DNA of 41,246 nt, taken from positions 1-41,246 of IMG/VR virus record IMGVR_UViG_3300016672_000074; one strand, 5' to 3'. Numbering within the stretch: the first letter of the stretch is position 1; each line of letters begins with the position of its first letter. Shown piece by piece: positions 1-7,600 of this stretch. The stretch is from a virus. Its lineage: Duplodnaviria; Caudoviricetes. The notes beneath the pieces were generated by a model. It was given only the letters and a program-made list of their open reading frames with translations, made no database searches and was not told where the DNA came from. The translations under genes were made by a program, and so were the position numbers.

Positions 1-819
1 GGCGTGTTTGTCGACGCCGAGCCTTATGCGGCCAAACCTTCGCAGGATGAACAGTGGAACCGTGGCGCTTACCTCGTTCAAGGCGCCGGGCACTGCGGCA
101 GTTGCCACACGCCGCGCGGGCTGGCGTTCAACGAGAAGGCACTGGATGAATCCGGTAAACCGTACCTCGCCGGGGCCTTGCTCGATGGCTGGTATGCGCC
201 GAGCTTGCGTGACGATCACAACACCGGGCTGGGCCGCTGGAGCGAGCCGGAGATCGTGCAGTTCCTCAAGACCGGACGCAACCAACACGCGGTGGTCTAC
301 GGCTCGATGACCGAAGCGTTTAACAACTCCACGCAGTTCATGAGCGATGATGACTTGGCCGCTATTGCCCACTACCTGAAGTCGCTTCCCGGCGATCGCG
401 AACGAGATGGCGCGCCTTGGCAGTATCAAGCGGTTTCGGCAGCGGAACGACTGGACTCGCCCGGTGCTCATACCTACGTAACGCGCTGCGCTTCGTGCCA
501 TGGTCTGGACGGCAAGGGCCAGTCCGAATGGATGCCGCCGCTGGCGGGCGCCACCTCGGCGCTGGCCAAGGAAAGTGCCTCGGCGATCAACATCACCCTG
601 AATGGCTCTCAACGAGTGGTCGCGGCCGGCGTGCCCGACGCCTATCGCATGCCAGCCTTCCGTGAGCAGTTGTCGGATCAGCAGATCGCCGAAGTACTGA
701 ACTTCATGCGCAGCACCTGGGGCAATCAGGGCAGTGCTGTCGATGCGCAGACGGTTGGCGAGTTACGTGAACGCACCGATCCGGCCAGCAGTAGCCCGAT
801 CATTCTGCAGATGCGCTAA
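1..819 (+). CDS. Multi-haem cytochrome c subunit of a membrane-bound dehydrogenase (gluconate 2-dehydrogenase/aldehyde dehydrogenase cytochrome c type), 5' end outside the window
   Basis: Frame is open from base 1. Two CxxCH motifs (CGSCH, CASCH) and family-typical RGAYLV...GHCGSCHTPR and MPAF segments; next to an XdhC gene. Confidence 0.85.
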   Translation, partial: GVFVDAEPYAAKPSQDEQWNRGAYLVQGAGHCGSCHTPRGLAFNEKALDESGKPYLAGALLDGWYAPSLRDDHNTGLGRWSEPEIVQFLKTGRNQHAVVYGSMTEAFNNSTQFMSDDDLAAIAHYLKSLPGDRERDGAPWQYQAVSAAERLDSPGAHTYVTRCASCHGLDGKGQSEWMPPLAGATSALAKESASAINITLNGSQRVVAAGVPDAYRMPAFREQLSDQQIAEVLNFMRSTWGNQGSAVDAQTVGELRERTDPASSSPIILQMR

Positions 820-831
820 GAGGAGTTTCTG

Positions 832-1654
832 ATGGAAAGCATCGACTTGCTGGTCCTGCGCACGGCGCGGGACTGGCTCGCTGCCGGCGAGCGTGTACTG
901 CTCGCCACCGTGGCGCGCACTTGGGGTTCATCACCACGGCCGACAGGTTCAATGATGGCCTTGCGTGACGACGGTCGCGTGGTGGGCAGCGTGTCCGGCG
1001 GCTGCATTGAGGACGATCTGATCCATCGCTACACCACGGCTCATGGCGGCAGCGCTTTTAGTGACAGCGCGCCAGAAATGGTGCGCTATGGCGTCAGCGC
1101 CGATGAGGCGCATCGCTTCGGCCTGCCATGCGGTGGCACGCTTGAATTGATCCTCGAGTTCACCCCGGCGTGGCAGTCTCTTGATGAGTTGCTGACGCAA
1201 CTGGACGCCGGGCAACTGGTTCGTCGTTGCCTGACGCTGGAGTCCGGTCAGGTCATGCTCGAACCGACTGCGACGCCGGAACAGTTCAGCTTCGATGGCG
1301 CGCAAATGCTCAATACCTTGGGGCCGGGCTATCGGCTGCTGATGATCGGTGCCGGCGCACTGGCCGAGTATCTGGCGACCATGGCGTTATTCAACGGGTT
1401 CAAGGTGGCGGTGTGCGACCCGCGTCCCGAATACATCGAGACCTGGGCGGTAGGCGGCGTGGAGTGCATCGTCGGCATGCCGGATGATGTGGTGCGCGAC
1501 TTCGCGGTGGATCTGCGCACCTGCATCGTCGCCTTGAGTCATGACCCCAAACTCGATGATCTGGCCTTGCTTGAAGCGCTGCACAGCCCGGCGTTCTACA
1601 TCGGTGCCATCGGCTCACGGCGCAACAGCCAACTGCGCCGCGAACGCCTGATCG
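832..1654 (+). pseudogene. xdhC: XdhC/CoxI-family molybdenum hydroxylase maturation factor, C-terminally truncated
   Basis: RBS AAGAGGAG before ATG 832. Motifs TWGSSPRPTGS, GSVSGGCIE, GLPCGG, SHDPKLDD, YIGAIGSRR. After RRERLI the expected GP(I/V)G..IG..TP.EIA C-terminus is missing, and the rest of the 640-aa ORF is the antisense of the phage gene. Confidence 0.85.
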
Positions 1655-4600
1655 GTCATCTGGTCGATGAACCGGGCCTTCATGTTGCGCTTGTCGCCGC
1701 CCGCCTTCGCCGCCTTCTGGTCGGCCTCGGCGGCGATCATGGCGTTCACCATGTCCTCGGCAGAGGCGAACCCTGCGCGCTCGGCGATAACCTCGGGATC
1801 GACCCCGGCCTCGGCGTAGAGCGGCGGCACGCGCGAGGGAAGCTGGCCCACCACGTCCTCGCCGAACCGCTCCACCAGCGCGGCGCGATCCATGCGCTCT
1901 TCGCGCAGCAGCGCCAGCGCCTTGAACAGCGGCACGTCCTCTGCGGCCTTCGTGACCTGATCCTTGATCTGGCGGCGGCGCTCGCGGCCAAGGCGCGTCT
2001 CGCGCTTGGCGATGTCGGCCATCACCTTCTCGATCACCTTGCCCTGCGCTTCGGCGCGGGCCGAGGCCACCTGCTCCTGATAGTTGGCGAACTCGTCGGG
2101 AGACATACCGGCCTCGACCGCCGTGTTGAACAGGGCGTCCATGCCCTGCATCTGGCGGGCTTCGGCGATCTCTTCGTCGGTCGCAAGCAGCCGGTCGAAC
2201 ACCTCCCTGATCTCCGGGGTGATCGGCGAGTTGAGGCCGCGCACGGTCTTGTAGAGGCTGACCAGCCACGAGCGGAACGTCTCGAACGCGCGCTTCAGGC
2301 CGACGCTCGGAGCCTTGCCCTCGCGCATATACCGCTCGCCTGTTCGTGCGAACATTTCGTGAGCGCCAGCCGGGATGACGCCGTTGCGAACCTCGTAGCC
2401 GTTGGCCTTGAACCAGTCGAGCAGGGTCTGCCAGTCGCGCTTGATCTGCTCCGGCGCGTTGGGATCGGCGGCGTCGGCCTTCAGTTCCTCAAGCCACAGG
2501 TGCGAGCTTTCGTGGATCAGGGTCGAGAGATCGCGGCCTTGGAACAGTTCGATCACCGCGCCCTGATCGTCGTTGCCGGGGAACAGGATGCGGCCTCGCG
2601 GCATATTGCGGTGGTCGGGCTGGAACAGCGGGAAGCCCGAAGCAGCGGCCTCGCGAAGCTCCGGCGTAATGTCGAAGCCAAGGTTGGTCGGAAGCTCGAA
2701 CATACGCTGGCGCTGTTTCTGAAGTGCGGCAAGCTCCCTCGACGCGGCGGGTAATTCGAGCGATGCCGGGTAGGCGATCTCGAAGGCGCTCACCTGATCG
2801 AACATTTGCTGGAACTCGGCCTTCTCGCGGCGCAAGCGAGCAATGCTGTTTTCTTCGGAAGTGATGCGTGCATCGTCGGCGGTGACGGGGTAGGTCAACC
2901 CTTCAACGGCTGCGGTTTCTTCGCCCGCCGCCTGCGCCGCGCGAACCGCAGCGATAACCCTCTCGTGAAACTCGATGTTGCTGTCAAACGACAGAAGGCG
3001 CGCATTGGCCTTGCGGATGGCATCATCGTAGACCTCGCGAGCGCCAGCTTCATCACCAGTATATCGCTGCATGAAGTCGGCCTTGCTGCGCAGATCGACC
3101 ACCTGCGCAGAAAGTTCCCGCACCCGCTCATCGAGCGCCATCAGGCCCGGAATGTAGGCTTCCTGTGCGGCGAGATAGCGGGCCTTCAGACCAGCCCGGT
3201 CGGCTTGGAACTCTTCCTTTGCGATCTTGTCGTTATTGATGCGAGCCTCATACCGGGCTACCTCGCTGACGCTTTCGTCATTCCTGACGATCTCGGCAAG
3301 CTGGCGCTGGTTGCCGCGCAGGCGGCGGTCGAACATTTCTTCGGCTTCATCGAACGCCTGTTCGAGCGCGCCATCGCTCATGCCGAGCGCGACGGTAACG
3401 CCGTGCTGGCGCATTTCCTCAAGCACCGCGTCAAAAGCAAGGGACTGCGGCGTCTCGGGGCGTTCAAGACCATCGACGAACACGCCCTTCACCTTGCCCT
3501 TGTAGGGCTTCAGCAGCTTGTTCACCATGTTCGGCAGGTTGCGACCGTAGAACCAGTCCACGTCATCATCCATGCCGCCGTTGTTCTCGCCCTGCTTGAT
3601 CCACGCGATCTGGTCGTAGCCCTCGGCTGCGGCTTTCGCGATCATGCGCTTCACCGCGACAATCGGCCATGTGTCCTTGAACGGGGCGTCGGGGATGCCG
3701 CGCGAGTTCTTCACGACATCAAGTTCGCGAGCGCGTAACTCCACGTCTCTCTTGGCCTTGTCGGTCGCCGCGAACAAATCCCTCAAGGCCAGCCCGCCAC
3801 CGGACTTTTCGCTTTCGCCCGCGAACTCGCCAGAGACGGTGCCGACAGGCTTGCCCTCAAGTTCGGCAAGAAGGTTGGCTGCTTCATTCACGCGATCCAC
3901 CAGCCCTATGGTCACGCGGTCATTGGTCGCGAGCACGAGGGTCGAGAGGTCTGCGTTGATCTCATAAGCTCGGCGAGCCTGCGCCCTCAAGGCCTCCGGG
4001 GAAACATCGGGTTCATTTCGCATCAGACCAAGCGCAACCCACTCGGTCCGCTCAAGCGTTTCAAGTTTCCCGCGCAGGAAGCGAACATTGCTGTCAGGGA
4101 ATTGGGTGCTCAAGGCACCGCCTTCGATTTTGACGCCATACTTCTCGCCAAAGGCCACAATGGCCTCGGTAAGCTGCGCCATCTTGGCGTCAAACTCGCT
4201 GCGGGCTTCATCCAGCGCCCCTTCTGCTTCGGCCACCTTCTCGGGGTTCGGCGGCGCGCGGTAGCCACGGTTCGCGTCGGCGACCGATTGCAGCAGGGCG
4301 GCACCGGCCTCGCTCGGATTGGCCTCAAGCCACTTGGCGATGTCGGGCCACGCGCGGTGAGACTTCCCCTCATCAATCGCATCGCCAATGCTTTGCAGCA
4401 ACTCATCGGGGACATTGAAGAAGGTGTCGCCGCCGCGCTGCGCAGAGCGAAATGCCCGCACCGCCTCGGCCTTCGCCTCGGTGAACCGGCTCGCGGCCTG
4501 CTGGTGCCAGTCGCTCTGGATTTCGTCGAGGAACAGGATGCGCTTGCCATCGGCCCCGTCGCGGCGGTGGCCGCGAACGTGGATCACCACGCCGCTGTCG

Positions 4601-7600
4601 TTCCAGTGCGTGCGCGGGCTGCTGTCGGGGTTCGCACCCTGACCAGACGGCAGGCGCATCAGCCACTCGAAGTAGGTGTCCTCGTGGCCGCTGTCCTCGG
4701 CGAGCGAATAGCTCTTCCACTGGACGGTGCCGCCCTCATCCATGAGGGCGCGGCGAGCCTGCTCCCATGTGTCCTGATATTCAAGCCAGTCGTAGAAGGC
4801 TTCGTTTTCGGCTTCGGCGTTGAGTTCGTCGGCGGCGGCTTGGGCGTCATCTTCGCTATCGTAAAACTCGCCGCCAGCGCGCCCGTCGCTGTTTGCGATC
4901 AACTGCCATTGCGGCCCGTCAAGGCCGTCAAGGTCTTCTTCGGGAACCTGCTCGACAGACCACTCTGTTTCATAGCTGCCATAGAACTGATCGCGCAGTT
5001 CCTCTTCGATCTCGTAAACCTTCTCCTGAATGGCATCGTCATCAGGCTCGTTGCCGAGTTCCTTTTCGACCACCACGATCCCGCCGCGCTGGATCGTCTC
5101 GACCACCTGCGACTTGTCCACCGGGCCAGTCTGCGCTTCCAGCCAGTCGATGATGCCCGTCCACTCAAGCTCTTCAGCCTTCACGCCGGGTGCGTTCTTG
5201 AGGGTGGCGATCCACTGTGCAGCAGGCGCGCGCTCTGTCTTCACGCTCTCGGCGGCGCGCTCAAGGGCAGAGTAGAACCATGTGGCCTGAAGGTAGATGC
5301 GCGGGTCTTCAGGGTCGAACGTGCCGATGTTCTCGGTCGCTTTGATGAGGCGCGGATCAGAGAGGACGATGGCAACATCAGTCGCGCCGGAACCTTCGTC
5401 CACGTCGGTAATCAAGGTGACATCGTGGCCATCTGCGGTGTCGTCCTCGGCAACCCGGTCGGTCGAGCGCCCGCCAGAGAGGTATTCCTTCTCCTGAAGC
5501 TCCCACCAAGTCGTATCGTCGCGCAGTTCTTCCTCGAAGGTCATGCGCTCGCGCTCAACGGCGTCGTCATAGTCGTCGCGCGCCGCGCCTTCGTTGTCGA
5601 ACTCGTTGTATTCGTCATTCACCGCGTCAAAGACGCGCCACGTCCCGTCGCTCTTTTCCTCAATGGAACTGGTCGGCTCCCAATCCGCGATCTGGTCGGC
5701 GATGTAGCGATCCATCGCTTCGTCGATCTCGTATCCCTCTGGCTCGTAAACCTGATCCCACATACGCCCTTCGGCGTCGTGCTCGGCCAGCCGCTCGGCG
5801 CGGATATAGACCTTGAACACCGCATTATCGCCAGCACCGAAGTCACGGGCCGTGCGGTAGTCGGACGCAAAGAAGTTGGTGGCGGACTCGCGGAACGCCA
5901 TCGTGCGGTCTTCGACCGTCATCGAGCGCGATCCGTGATACCAGACGCGCGGGCGACCGTATTCGTCCACCAATGGGCTATCGCCGAACCAGCGCCAGAA
6001 GTTCGTGAGGCCAGCCTTGTTAATGGCTATCAGTTCCTCGTCGGCGTTCTTGGTTGGCCGCTCGATGCCGTCGATCTCAATGGTGTCCTGATCGTCGCGG
6101 ATCACGAAGTCGGGCGCGTCCCCAAGCTCCTCGCCGGGGAACATTTCAACCTGCTCGACCGGCCACGTTTCAAGTCCTTTGAGGTAGTTCGTGATGCGCT
6201 CGCCCTCATCGGCCAGCGCCAAGGCTTCAGGCGTCCCAATGCGGCGAAGATCGGCAACAGGCCCGGTGCCCGCAGCGTCAGCGCCCATCGCCATCGCACG
6301 GCGATGCCAGTCGCGCCAGCTATCCCAAGCGGCATTGATCGCCTCGCGGTAGGTGTCAGCCTCGGCGTTGTAGCGAGTGGAGAACGGGCTTTCCTGAAAC
6401 AACTCGCGCCCCTGCCCGAACTCCTGTGCCAGCCGCTCGCGGTTTGCGTAGCTGATCGGCACCATGTTCTCGAACAGGGCTTCGGTGTCGCCGGTCGCCA
6501 CCTGATCCGAGCGCGAACGCTGCGGCGAGGCATTGGCGGTTTCGGGAATGTCTTTGCCACGGTTCTCCTGCACAATGACCACAACAGGAACACTGGTCAC
6601 ACCAGCGGCCTTCAGCATGGTCATGCGGTGACGGCCCTCGTGGCCGACCACGCGCAGCGTCACCGGGACTTCGGTGCCAAAGACGTTGGTGAACCCGCCC
6701 TCGACGGCGACAATCAGGAACGGAGCCTGCGGGTTCTCCCGCATCTTATCAAAGTCGATGCCGTCGCCGTATTCCTCCATGCCCTCGACGCGCTCGGCGA
6801 TCAGCCTGCGCCCCGTGGCAGAGGCGGTCAGGCCGAGGAACTGGTCGGGACTGATCCTGACTGCGAGCGCCTTGCTGCGCTCCGGCTCGCTTGCGTAGCC
6901 GTGCGCGCGGAGGAGGTCTTCGATGCGCTGCGGCGACCATCCGATCTGGATGCTTCCGTCTGCGGCAAGACCCGCACTTTCCCCGTCGATAAGAGCTTCA
7001 TCAAGTCGTCCATCGGTCGGCTCCATATCAGGAACCACGTTCTCCGTCCACGCCCACGAGGGGAGCAGGCCCGCCTTCTGGTCGGCGAAGGTGGTGTCAT
7101 CAAGCACGGCAAAGCGGTTCTCATCGCCGCGCGGGCCCCAATTCAACCATGAGTTCTGGCCGCGCGTCTCGCTGGTCAGCGCCGGGAGCGCGGCGGGCGA
7201 GAACAGGCGGGCGTGCGCCTGCCATGCGTTCTCCTCGCCATCGTAGCGGAAGCCAGCACCCTCAAGCCCGTGGCCGAACGCATCATGCACTGCGCGGAAC
7301 AGATCGTTCGCCAGCACCTTGACCGGCTGGCCGTTCTGGTCGGGCCACTCAAGGCCGGTGTCCGCAAGCAGCGGGTTGTCGTCCACTGCCGCCTCGCTGT
7401 AGCCAGAGCCGTAACCGGCGATGGTCGAATAGACGGCCATCGTCTTGTTGTCGCGCAGATCGCGCATGGCGTTGAACGGGTTGCCCGCATAGGGGTCATC
7501 ATCATTGCCGAAGAAGGTGAAGCTGTAGCCGAACTCGACCAGAACGTCATACTGCGCCCGCGTCTCGGCGATCATCGCCTCATAGGCAGCGCGCACAGCC

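Noticed and set aside
832-2754. 640-aa XdhC fusion protein in the ORF track
   Set aside because: Everything after about residue 275 is the antisense reading of the phage gene, produced by the junction.
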